Positions 24,190 to 34,606 of a stretch of DNA of 64,000 nucleotides are shown here, piece after piece. Made by a program: the position numbers and the translations under genes. The DNA comes from Lama glama. Lineage: Eukaryota. Each line of letters begins with the position of its first letter. Positions within the stretch are counted from its first letter, which is position 1. The stretch is taken from positions 23,188,001 to 23,252,000 of the forward strand of contig CM052839.1 of the NCBI GenBank assembly GCA_028534125.1, written 5' to 3'. The notes under the pieces are model-generated. The model was not told the origin of the DNA. It did no database searches and saw only the letters and a list, made by a program, of their open reading frames with translations.

Positions 24190-24435
24190 CACTGATCAAC
24201 TATTTTGATATTTCTGTGGCTTTCAGAAAGACAGCTTCCAAGATTCAAGACCAGGTGGTGCTGGTCTTTTTTTGGAGGTGCTAATTAATAATTTAACTTT
24301 ACATAATGATAATTTTATCTTGTTGCAGTTTGTGGATTTATGATTAGCTCCTCCATCCGGTGTCTGGTGTTCAGCACGGAGCACCTCTCCCACTGTCTAC
24401 GGGAATTTGCTGCTGGGAAGATTTCCCGGCGGGGA
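24190..24435. promoter_or_regulatory. Candidate homeodomain-rich enhancer
   Basis: gctaattaataatttaactttacataatgataatttt and ggatttatgattag in a sharp AT-rich island. Confidence 0.4.
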
Positions 24436-27404
24436 GAGGGACCTGGGAGAGGCACCCACGTGGAAGGTCTCCCAAACCCACTTCCTCGGCTAGGGAACTG
24501 CAGTCTGTGGGGGTGGGGTGGCTTTCTGGAATCTCTCAAGGCCTGTTTTGCCTGGGAACAGGGGATGGACTCGGTGGTCCTTCATCTCGGTTTCTGTGGA
24601 AACGGGTATCAGGGAGGAAGCCCAGTATCAGCCTGTCACAGTGGGAAGGGCTCCGTGAGAATGTCACAACTTGCCCTCCTCAGGCTGGGAAACTGAGGCT
24701 AAAGACAGGGAGGGACTGGCTTAGGAAGAAGCCAGTCACAGAGCCCATCCTAGAACCCGGGACGCCTCATCCCCAGCTAAGTGATGCTGCCATCCAATGT
24801 ACCCCTCCTCCTCTCCAGCTGACCCAGCTCATGCCCTTTCCCTTGGGCACCGGATGGGGAGAGGTCCAGGTGCATTCTGAATGGAGACAAAGGATGAGCA
24901 ATCAGGTCCCCTCCTCCCATGAAGGTTGAAGACCAGAGAGCCCTAACTGCCTTTCCTGCTGCCTGGGGAGAGTTGGGAATAAGCTGAAAGACAGGCAATA
25001 GGTGGGCATATGGCTGGGAATCCCTCCTGAATGCATGCAAAACCCTCTCTCGGCTTCATGTGCTCCAGGTCAAGTGGGTGATAGTAGCATCCTATTGTCC
25101 AGGAGTGGGCGTGACTTAGATTCAACTGACCTGGAAGAGTCAGTAGAGCTAGGACCAGGGGCTAGGAATGTTCTGGACTTAAAACTCGGGCATTTGAGGG
25201 AGAAATATGAGGCTGGAGCAGGAGGCAGGGGCCAGGCTCTGGAAGACCACTACTGATGTCATCTTCGCCGAAGCCAGGAGTGATTTAAATGCTTCGGTGA
25301 GACCTTTTGCCTCTGGGGGCTTCAGCTACTTTCCTTGCCGCACCAGGATGTTAGAGGCAGCATCTGTGTATCTGTGTCCGGTTGAGCGCTGGGCTCCGCT
25401 TTGTCTCCTCTGCCTGTGGGACAGGGCTAGGGATCAGATTAGGGGTGCTGGCCTCCCCCACCCGCCCTCCACCAGGGTTCTGTTTCCCCTCCACCCAAAG
25501 CTGGGCTGGTGGCCAGGCCCCAGGTTGGTCTCGGCCCATGCTAATACTGAAGACCAGATTGGCTGCAGCATCAAAGTGTTTAGGGACCCTCCTGACAGCT
25601 CGAGAAGCACTCCAGCCACGCTGGGCAGCCCAAGCTCTAAGCTGGGATGTTCTCTCAGCAATTACACCTGTCACTTCTAATTACAGCTGATACCCGCGGT
25701 ACCTGCCAGGGGGCCATGGGGCATAACTGGCCACGTTCCCTCCTACAGCCCCCAAGGAGGCTGGTGCCTGGGCTGGAGGGGCCCCTGGGGACTCGGGAGG
25801 CTTTACAGGTGCCAGGATCAGGTCTCGCCCATTCCAAACCCCCATGGCTGTAGCTGGAGAGACAGATCTCACAAGGACCCCTCAGGCTCAAAAAGCGACG
25901 TGGTGACCTTTCTTTGTTTTGACTTCTCCATCTGGGGCATGAGACAGTTTGTGTTCAGACAAATCTCAACTGTGACACAAGCATTTCCCCCTCGATGCTT
26001 AGAAGTCAAGAATCTTAGAGGGTCAGAATTGAACAGTCCTTAATGATCAGCAAATGCAGGAGGTAGTTTTTTTGCACGAATTTTTGATTTGCCTTAAAAA
26101 TTGTCCAAATAAGATACATGCAAACTGAGAAAAATTAAAATGCCAAAATGCTTATAATACAGACGCACACTCCTTCTCCACCCGTCCTACCTCCACTCTT
26201 GCTCTCCGAGGACAATACATTTTAAACTCTTTCACCTGCTCCTTTTGCTGTTTGCCTTCATATTTCTAAATCATAGGCATATGATGCTGTTTCTTGCTTT
26301 ATCAGTTTTCGACATCGTCTATTGACTTCCTGTTAGCAGTAGACAAGGGTTTGTCTACATTTCTCAACGTCCCTTCCACTTAAAGGTGGGTCATGTGACT
26401 ACAGTTATCCCTTTGGGCCAAGGCAGCTGAGAGCCTGTGTGATCTTCTATTTCTCTCTTCCTTAGTGAGGAGACTGCCGGCCATGGGCTCCATGTCTGCA
26501 AATACAAAGGGGTGGACTGCCTGGCCAGTATGGGAATGCGATTTGAGAGTAAGAAATAAGCTCTGTTGTCTATTATGACATCTACGTGGAAAAATATACC
26601 CATGGGTAATAATCACCTCACATTTTCAAGTGCATCGTCTTTTATTAAATTTTTCCAAACCGTGCATCACATCGTGCATACCATTATTAGTAGCATTTTG
26701 TTTACAAGCGCTGTCTCACATCAGCTCATCTCTCAGTCCCTCCTGTTTGCTTGGAGTCTTCCTCGCCCGGAGCCCTGAAGTTCTTGTTTCAATCTGGCCT
26801 ATTATGCTCTAGGGCTGCTGCGAAGCTTTTACTCTGGGAATGTCCTCTACCAGTCTCCTGTGTTGAATCTCTGGTTTCCTGGAGTCTGTTTTCTTGGTTT
26901 CCTTTCCACTGTGACTGGAGCACACCCTCTGGTAGCTTACTAGGAAGAAGAGTGTGCGAAGTGAATTTTCTGAATCCTTACAGGTTTAAAAAATATTTAT
27001 AGTCTCAACTTACATCTTAATTGTTCTGTCAAGGTATGGAATTCTATATTGAGAACAATTTCCCCCAAGAATTTACAAGGCACAGCTTCACAAGTTATCT
27101 AGTATCCAGAGGTCACTCTTGAGAAGTCTTACAGCCATCCTGATTCCTGCTGCTTTGTAGGAAACCAGTTGTTTTTTTTTCCCCTAACAAGAAGCTTTTA
27201 GGATCATCTCTTTGTGTGTTCTGATCTTTTACAACAATAGACCTTGAGGGTGAATCTACCTACTGTTCTGGGCACTTGGTTGGCCCTTTGATCTGGAGGT
27301 TCGAGTCTTTCAGGGCTAGGAAACTTTCTTGAACTACTTTGAGAATTCTCGTCCATCTATTTTCTCTGCTAATTGGGTACCAGCTCCTGAGTTGATCTCT
27401 ACAT

Positions 27405-27887
27405 CAACCATGGCTGTAATAATGCTACATATCAAACCAACCCAAAACTCAGTGGCTTAAAACATCATTTCCGTTGCTCATGGATCTGTGGCTGAGAGTC
27501 ACTGACTTAGGCTCAACTTGGCTGAGTGGCTGATGTTGACTGGGGCTTCCCCAGAGAGCTTGGGTGTCAGCTAGGGGATGGTTGATCTGGGATGAGACTG
27601 GCTGGAGAACTTTGGCTCGGCTCCCTCTCACCCTCACTGCGGGACCAGAGGGCTTGCCCAGGCACGTTCTTCTCATGGAGAAGGCAGAGAACCAAGAACC
27701 CAATCACACAACAGCTCTCAAGCCTTTGGTCACTTTCTCCCAACTAACATCCAGGGGCCAAAGCAAACCACAGGACAGAACCCGAAGTTAAGAGGCCTCT
27801 TTAGATGGGGGAGCCACAAAGTCACATGGCAAAAGGTTTGATATAGGGTTGAGTCAAGACTTAGGGCAATCAATGCAACCTACCACA
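27405..27887 (-). mobile_element. MaLR solo LTR (MLT1H/I-like)
   Basis: caaaccaacccaaaactcagtggcttaaaaca...ggccaaagcaa...caaagtcacatggcaaa...ctaccaca. Confidence 0.75.
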
Positions 27888-27949
27888 GTCCTTTAAATGG
27901 TATATATATTTTTTTATTTTTCCACATTTGCCACACTGATGTACTTTCT

Positions 27950-28043
27950 TTTTTATTGATTTATAATCATTTTACAATGTTGTGTCAAATTCCAGTGTTC
28001 AGCACAATTTTTCAGTCATTCATGGACACATACACACTCATTG
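27950..28043 (-). mobile_element. Very short young camelid L1 3' insertion with 14-bp TSD
   Basis: ttattgatttataatcattttacaatgttgtgtcaaattccagtgttcagcacaatttttcag. Perfect TSD ctgatgtactttct at 27936-27949 and 28044-28057. Confidence 0.9.
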
Positions 28044-29061
28044 CTGATGTACTTTCTAGAGGGTTTTGTTGATGCTGTTTTATAATATGCGTCGCGTATT
28101 TTATTTCACATTTTTCATTTTCCAAAGCTCTTTCTTGTTCTCTAATATTTCTTTTTCATAGTATCCAATTCCCATTTTATGGATGCAATTTATTTTACTA
28201 GAGTTTTTCTGTAAGGTTTTCTTTCCAAAAATTCTTTACATTATCTCCCCCCGCCCCTGCCCCGGGGAGTTGCCCACCCGCCTCTGTTACGCTTGGTGTC
28301 CTCCGTCTTGGTGGAAGAGCGCATAGCACGGGTCTGGAGGGTGGACGTGGAGGCAGACTGAATAGAGGGTATAGTGGTGGACTTCAGTTTCACCGTTTTT
28401 AAAAAGTTTAGGGTTAAGTCTCAATTTCCTCCCCCAGCCTCTTCTGGGTCTAGTTTCTCGGACTCTATCTCGACGTCCTATTTCCATCCCCGCCACCTCT
28501 GGGGATAATGACAAGGGACACATAGTAACTACCTGCTGGGGAAAGTAGCTTTACTTTGGATGTGTCCTAAAATATTCTCTTCCCATAATTTGGCCCCCAC
28601 CAGCCTCTGCGACCTGAGCTCCCTCTCCTCCCCTTCAGGAGCCTCTGTCCCACTCAGCAGAGGCTCTGCTCCCCTAGCCTGCACCCCGACACATTCTAAC
28701 AGCCTCCCAGGTCACAGATTCTAACAGCTAATCAGGGTGGGTCGGTGCAACCTTCCATTTCTGTCTCTCCAGGGCAACATTCTTATCTTCTTTCAAGGTT
28801 CAGCACAAATGCCACCTTTTCAGAAAAGTCTTGCCTTGAGTAAGTTACTTGATCTCTCGAGATTCATTTATTCATCTGTAAAACGGGAGACTCCCTGGGT
28901 TTTGGGGAAGACTAAATATGCTAACATTAAGACTTGGCACGGTGCTGGTCTCACACAGAAAATGTGGCTCAATAAATGTTAGCTATTATTACTATGCGTG
29001 CATCTATTGTAAAAATGTCACATTCCGTCTTTTGGCGTATGTCTAATTACTCCACTAGATG

Positions 29062-29241
29062 AGCGGGTCTTAGCTCTGACTTTGCATTAGGATCACCTGG
29101 AGGGCTTTTAAAAACCATGGTTTCCTGGGCCTCACTTCAGATCAATTGACTATGAATCTCTGGGGGTGGGGCCCAGGAGGCAGTATTTTAAAAGCCTCCC
29201 AGGCCATGAATTCTACCGGATAACCAGGGTTGAGAATGCTG
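29062..29241. mobile_element. MER5-like hAT-Charlie MITE
   Basis: gcattaggatcacctggagggcttttaaaaa...ctgggggtggggcccagg...ccagggttgagaa. Confidence 0.75.
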
Positions 29242-29305
29242 AGTTGGCCCATAAACTGCCTAGTGAGAAAGAACAGGCACACCTTTTTTTTTTTTTTTCC
29301 AAATC

Positions 29306-30085
29306 TGTGATACTGTGATTTGTAATAAGAAATATATATTTGTCTTTGTCCCATTTCCGGCACAGAGCTCCTAAAATCCTTGGAACTTCTTAAGTGTTGA
29401 GAATACGAAGTCATGTTTTGTTAAGCTAATGAGGCAACACTGGAAAGCCCCTAGGTTACCCAAGGATGGGGGCTGGTGACCAGAGGAGCCAACCCTGTGA
29501 TTAGAGGGTTGGAACTTGCAGTCCCATCCTAGACCTCCAGGGAGGGGAGAGGGGCTAAAGGCTGTGTTCAATTGCCAATGGCCAGTGATTTAATCAGTCG
29601 TGCTTATGTAATGAAGTCTCCATAAAAACCGAAAAGGGTAGTGTTCAGAGAGCTTCTGGGCTGGTGAACACGTAGAGATTCACAGAGAATGGAGTGCTCA
29701 GGGAGCATGGATGCCCCTGCCCTTTCCCCTTCCCCTGTCCTTTGCATCCCTCCCATCTGGCTGTTCCTGAGTTATATCCATTTGTGATAAGCCAGTGTTC
29801 TAGCAAATAAAATGTTCCTCTGAATTCTGTGAGCCACTCTACCGAGTTAATGGAACCCAAGGAGGGGGTCTTTGGAACCTCCAATCTATAGATGGTCAGT
29901 CAGAAGCACTGGATGGCAACCAGCAGGGAGTGGGGGCGGGGGGAGGGAGATAACCTTGTAGCACTGAGCCCTTAACCTGAGGGATCTGATGCTCTCTCCA
30001 GGTAGATGGTATCAGAAGCGAGCTGAACTAGAGGATTCCCCCAGCTGGCGTGGGAGGACAGCTTGGAATTGGGTGCAGAATTGTG
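29306..30085 (+). mobile_element. MER21-like solo LTR
   Basis: tgtgatactgtga...ggcacagagctcctaaaatccttgg...gtgattagagggttggaactt...aatggccagtgatttaatc...ctgagcccttaacctgagggatctgatgct. Confidence 0.85.
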
Positions 30086-30718
30086 ATATCATATATAGTA
30101 CCACACATCCAGGATTTCATAGCTGTTGACCAGATAAATGAATGAATGAGTGTAAGAAACAAAGTCGGAATGAGAGGGTCTTTATGGACGTGGATTTTGC
30201 ATTGAGGATAATCCAGATCAGACCTGGTTGGCTGATCCGGGCCCCGCACAGGGCCCTGGAAGCCTGTATGTGCCAAAGGGTGGGGCTCTGCGCCCAAGTC
30301 TTGGGTCACATTTTTGATGGCGTATGACTCACCAAGTGCTTTCCTTAGACCTTACCGCAATCCCATCGCAGGAGAGGGGAAGAGAGAGGACGGTCATGTC
30401 CCAGGTCTAGGGTGAGTCCCTGAGACGGGCTGCCAAGCGTGGGTCTTTGGCTTCTCGCAGGAAACTGGCCCATGGTCTCCCAGTCAGAGAGCCGCAGAGC
30501 CAGGCCCTGGACCTGTGTCTCCGGACACCTGGGCTTGGACTTACTTGGTCAGCGTTTTTGGAGTGAGGCTCCGAGGCACCCACACTGGCTTCTGGGGGTG
30601 GATCACACGGAGGGCAGGCAGAGGAGTGGGGACCTCCCTGAGAAGCGGGCTTCAGGACTGCGCTTCCTCTGGGGGACTTTGGGAGGTGGCCTGGGGAAGC
30701 TTCAGCAGTGGTGGAGCT

Positions 30719-30747
30719 TGTGTGCACGTGCACGTGTGCACACACGC
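30719..30747. repeat. Alternating purine-pyrimidine tract with tandem CACGTG
   Basis: tgtgtgcacgtgcacgtgtgcacacacgc. Confidence 0.8.
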
Positions 30748-32429
30748 CATCGTGTGCCTCTGTATGGGTGACTGTGCTGTGTGCTTACCCGCTGTGTGCG
30801 GAGCACAGTGCCGAGTGTGTCTGCCTGCTGCATGCTGCGTACCAAGTGTGTTGTGACTTCAGAGGCCTTTTGAGCTCCTCAAAGCCTGCTGTCCCTGCCC
30901 CACAACCCTGCCAAAGTTCAGGGACTCAAGCGACTGCTCCTTCCCGGGAAAGGGCAAAGAGGGGAATGTCCTCACCCCTGGTAGGGGGTGACCTGGGCTC
31001 CAGTGCCCCCATGGTGACCCCTGTCTGCCCAGCTCCTGAGCCCCAGTGCCCCTCCCATCCCCCAGTGGCTTCTTTCCATAAAAGCATTGATGTACAGAGG
31101 AGGCTGCCTGTGGCTCTCTGGGCCCCGCCCCCTCCTGCTTCCCTGCCCTGTGCCCGCTGAGCCTTCCCTTCTGCCAGGCTCAGCTTCAGCAGGAAATTTC
31201 CCTGGGCACCTTGACTCCCGCCTGCGTGTTAATTGCTTAGTCTCCGGCCTCCCCATCTGCCTCAGAACTTGGGACGGGGTCACCTTGCCACTGACGTTCC
31301 CCCTGTCCAATGGGAGGTGGCAGAGGCAGCCAGGAATGTGGCCACCACAAACAGGATGCTAAATACCCCAAACTGGTCCTCACCGACTTCCCTTCCGTCT
31401 TCCACTCCTGGATCTAAATGCATAGGGGACTCATCTCAAGGGTTGAAGATCCGAAAACAGATGACTCCCAGGTTGTCCAGGGCCTGCAGGGCCTGTGCCA
31501 AACCTGTTTCAGATCAGAGGAGGAGTCTTTTCTAGAAGACAGTATGAAGTGGAGGGGTGGTGACCCAGAGGGGCAGAGACCCATGTGCCTGGAGGCAGGG
31601 GAATGGCGTCAGTGGGTCAAGACCTTTGTCATGTTGTCTCTCAATAATGACGTCAAGGCTCTCCATCACCTCCCTCTAATGAGATGATCCTCTTTCCTCA
31701 ATCTCTCCCTTACCCACTCACACCCCTGCTGCTCACATCTTCAGGCCTTTCATCCAAGGATAAAAAGGGCTTTTCCCACCATCCTTGGCCATTCTCTTAT
31801 TTACCGAGGGTGAACTGAGGCCCAAGGCAAGAATTCTTTCTTTCAAGGGCACATGGTCTTAATTCTAGTCCTGATCGTGTGACCATGATGCTGTATAACC
31901 CTGGGCACATCATTACTCTTCTCTGTTTTGTTTCTTTACCAATGAAAGAATCAAAGACAACAAAGGCACCTCATGCCCCATCATCACGCATGACAGAGGG
32001 ATTCTGGGGTTCTCCTGTGCAGGGATCCAGGCCCCCTAGACTATCTAACGTCACAGTAAAGGAGCTTCTTTCAAGGGAGGCTCAGGGATAATCAGAGGCC
32101 CTGGTGGTGACAGGAGCCATGGTGGGAGGAGGAGACAGCTTCTCGACCTCGACCTCCATCTCCAAGGACAAGCCAGATGGTGGTGGTGGGAGCATTGGAG
32201 TGACTGAGACAGAACTTACCAAGAGTGGAGACACAGCCCAGGCCAGGGCAGGGCCAACCAGACTGTGAGCCCCTGAGGGCATGTCTGGTTCATCTCTGTC
32301 TCCTCAGAGCTGATGCTTGGTGAATGTCTGAACAGAAAAGGAAGGTTGGTTAGATAACCAACCTGGGGAAGAGGAGATCTTGGGTTGCTGGGCCAAGTGG
32401 AAGGAAGGAGAGGAATTAGGGGAAAACAA

Positions 32430-32835
32430 TAAGTTAAGATAAGGCTAAGTTATGCTACGATAGCAAACAAGCCCCAAATCTCTGTGGCTTAAAGCAACAA
32501 AGGTTTATTTCTCACTCACACCACATGTCTATACGACCTGCCAGCTCCCATATGACTTTTCCAATTATAGTCACTCAAGCACCTAGGATGACAGAGCAGC
32601 CACAGTCACTGGGTTAGAGAGAAGAGGACGTGGGGGTCTTGCACTAGCAATTAAATAGCCTGAGAGTGTCACTTTCACTCATACCTCATTGGCCAGAAAT
32701 AGTCACATGGTTACTTTTGCTCATAACCCATTGGCCAGAACTGGTCACATGATACCTCCGATAGGAAATACATTTCTACCATGTGCCTGGAAGACGGAGC
32801 GATGGAAATACTTGACGAATAGCTTTAATGAAGGC
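32430..32835 (-). mobile_element. MaLR solo LTR (MLT1J/L-like) with internal 42-bp duplication
   Basis: ggctaagttatgct...ccccaaatctctgtggcttaaagcaacaaaggtttatttctcactcac, with cattggccagaa...gtcacatg present twice. Confidence 0.75.
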
Positions 32836-33079
32836 CTTTAAAGAATCAGCCATGGAGATTCAGGAGAGGAGGGGTGTAACTGACATTCCAGACCTTTACG
32901 GACTCACATCCCAGAGCTCCAAGCCTGCGGATGGTGCTCCTTTGAGATGATAAAGTGATAAACTGGCCCCTAGAAGGGAAAGGAAGGCAGGCTGCATGTG
33001 AACTGAATTCAGCACCAGCTGTGTACAGGCTATGCTGAGCGCTGGGAATATAGGATGGATACGGCTCCTGCTCTGATGG

Positions 33080-33520
33080 AGCCAATAATTATATAAGAAA
33101 CAGTAAAGTATGAAACAGCATAAGGGTTTGATATCCTAGCTGCAAGGTGGAAACCGACCAGCGGAGGAAAGAGGCGGCAGTCGGGTCTATAGACGCGCTT
33201 GGTGGTCGCTGAATTTTCTCCCATCGCCTCAAGGTTGGGGCTGCCCATATAAAGTCAGGGGCCAGTGCAATTACGTGGTTTTTGGTTTCTGCCTCACGCC
33301 ACTCCAAGATTAGGAGCCTCTGCAAATGGAGCCATTCCTGGGAGAGAACCAAAATCACCCTAAAGCCTTAAAAGTGCATTAATGTTGTCTCAGTAAGTTA
33401 TGTGCTGGTATTAATGGGCATGTCTCATTTTGATTGCATTTTACAGACATTTTCCTGGTGACATTGTGCTGTCCTTGTTCTGAGCTCCCCAATCCAATCA
33501 ATAAAAAGACTCAGATGTAA
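33080..33520. promoter_or_regulatory. Candidate conserved element / TATA-type promoter
   Basis: CpG-retaining 33150-33230, ccatataaag with TATAAA at 33248, several TAAT cores. No repeat signature. Confidence 0.35.
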
Positions 33521-33545
33521 GAGAGAGAGAGAGAGAGAAGAGAGG
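33519..33545. repeat. (GA)n microsatellite
   Basis: gagagagaga tract. Confidence 0.9.
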
Positions 33546-33812
33546 AAGATTGGACCCTTTCATTTTGGCAAGATGGGTTTGGTTTCAATCATTGGGAGGA
33601 AAATCTGCCTCTTAACAAATTTTACCTTCATGCAATTTGGCTTGAATTAGGAAAATCAAAGGACTTAGAGTAAAGCTTGAGTGAGTGCCACATGTAGCAG
33701 TGTCAGAAGAGGAGGAGAAGGGGAGAACTTACACATATCTGCCTACTTGTGAGCAACAACTTTACCAAATAATCATAGCTGCCGAGAGTCGAATCCTTTT
33801 ATGCCCCCATGT

Positions 33813-34350
33813 TGCCTTCAGAGTCAAGTCCAAAGTCCTTAGCTTGGATTGAAAGACACTGCATGGTATGTTTTCACCCCATCTTTCCCTCTAGCTTCCC
33901 CTTCCCTTTGACACCCTCTGCACTCCAAACTCTCGTTCTAGGCTGCGTTTCTTACACTTACCCCAACCTGGCGCATGCCTCAGTGCCTTTGCTTCTGCTG
34001 TTCCCTTGGTCTGGGATACCCTTCCATCACCTACTGGGAAAATTCCTCCTTCTCCTCGTAACCCTGGCTTAAGCAACTTTACTCTGTCAGCACTGCCTAG
34101 GCACCGCCACCCCTCATTCCTTTATGGCACTGCTGTCTCTTGTACAGATTTCCATTACAGCCCTTATCACAACGACTGACTGTTGTTTCCAGGCACGTCT
34201 CTCCAACTAGGCTGTAGAAGCCTTGAGGGCAGTGATTATGTCATTCCTTTTTCCATCTATTGTTCAAAGCGTAAGGTCTAGCACATAGCTGGGGCTTGGT
34301 AGACATTTATACGACACGATAAGTGAATGGATGAGTAAATAAATGAATGA
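33813..34350 (+). mobile_element. L2 3' region
   Basis: aagtccaaagtccttagc...gcctttgcttctgctgttccc...ccttgagggcag...tagcacatag...tgaatga tail. Confidence 0.75.
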
Positions 34351-34404
34351 AATGGACAGTATCTGAATGTAAGCTCCCACTCAAACCCAGAATTCCTTCT
34401 ATAG

Positions 34405-34606
34405 CAGAGGTAAACAAACTGGCTGGTGGCCAGATGCCTGCTTGTGTGAATAAAGTTTTATTGGAACACAGCCACGTCTATTTGTTTACATGTTGCGCAT
34501 GGCTACTTTTGCACCACAGCAACAGAGCTGAGTAGTTGGGACCATATGGTTCTTAAAACCTTCAGTATTTCCTGTCTGACTATACAGAAAACTTTGCCCA
34601 CCTCTG
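34405..34606. mobile_element. MER58A-like hAT MITE
   Basis: Terminal inverted cagaggt...acctctg; internal aataaagttttattggaacacagccac and agagctgagtagttg. Confidence 0.85.

Larger units (their letters stand above)
26085..28230 (-). mobile_element. Ancient HAL1/L1ME-like relic carrying later insertions
   Basis: Long T-rich diverged stretch with L1 ORF1-antisense-like motifs (ttgagaagtc...gccatcctgattcc, gaagcttttaggatc, tgggcacttggttggcccttt). Confidence 0.55.

Noticed and set aside
24247-24273. Hairpin aagaccag-gtggtg-ctggtctt plus T-run, resembling an intrinsic terminator
   Set aside because: Mammalian DNA, with no Pol III gene upstream. Probably coincidental.
24370-24392. Possible REST/RE1 site (ttcagcac...), also at about 33008
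   Set aside because: Only the left half matches; the GGACAG right half is missing.
28691-28728. Direct repeat attctaacagc x2
   Set aside because: Too short to interpret; likely minor slippage.
33393-33446. gtaagt...ttttacag mini-intron
   Set aside because: 54 nt is below the usual mammalian minimum intron size.
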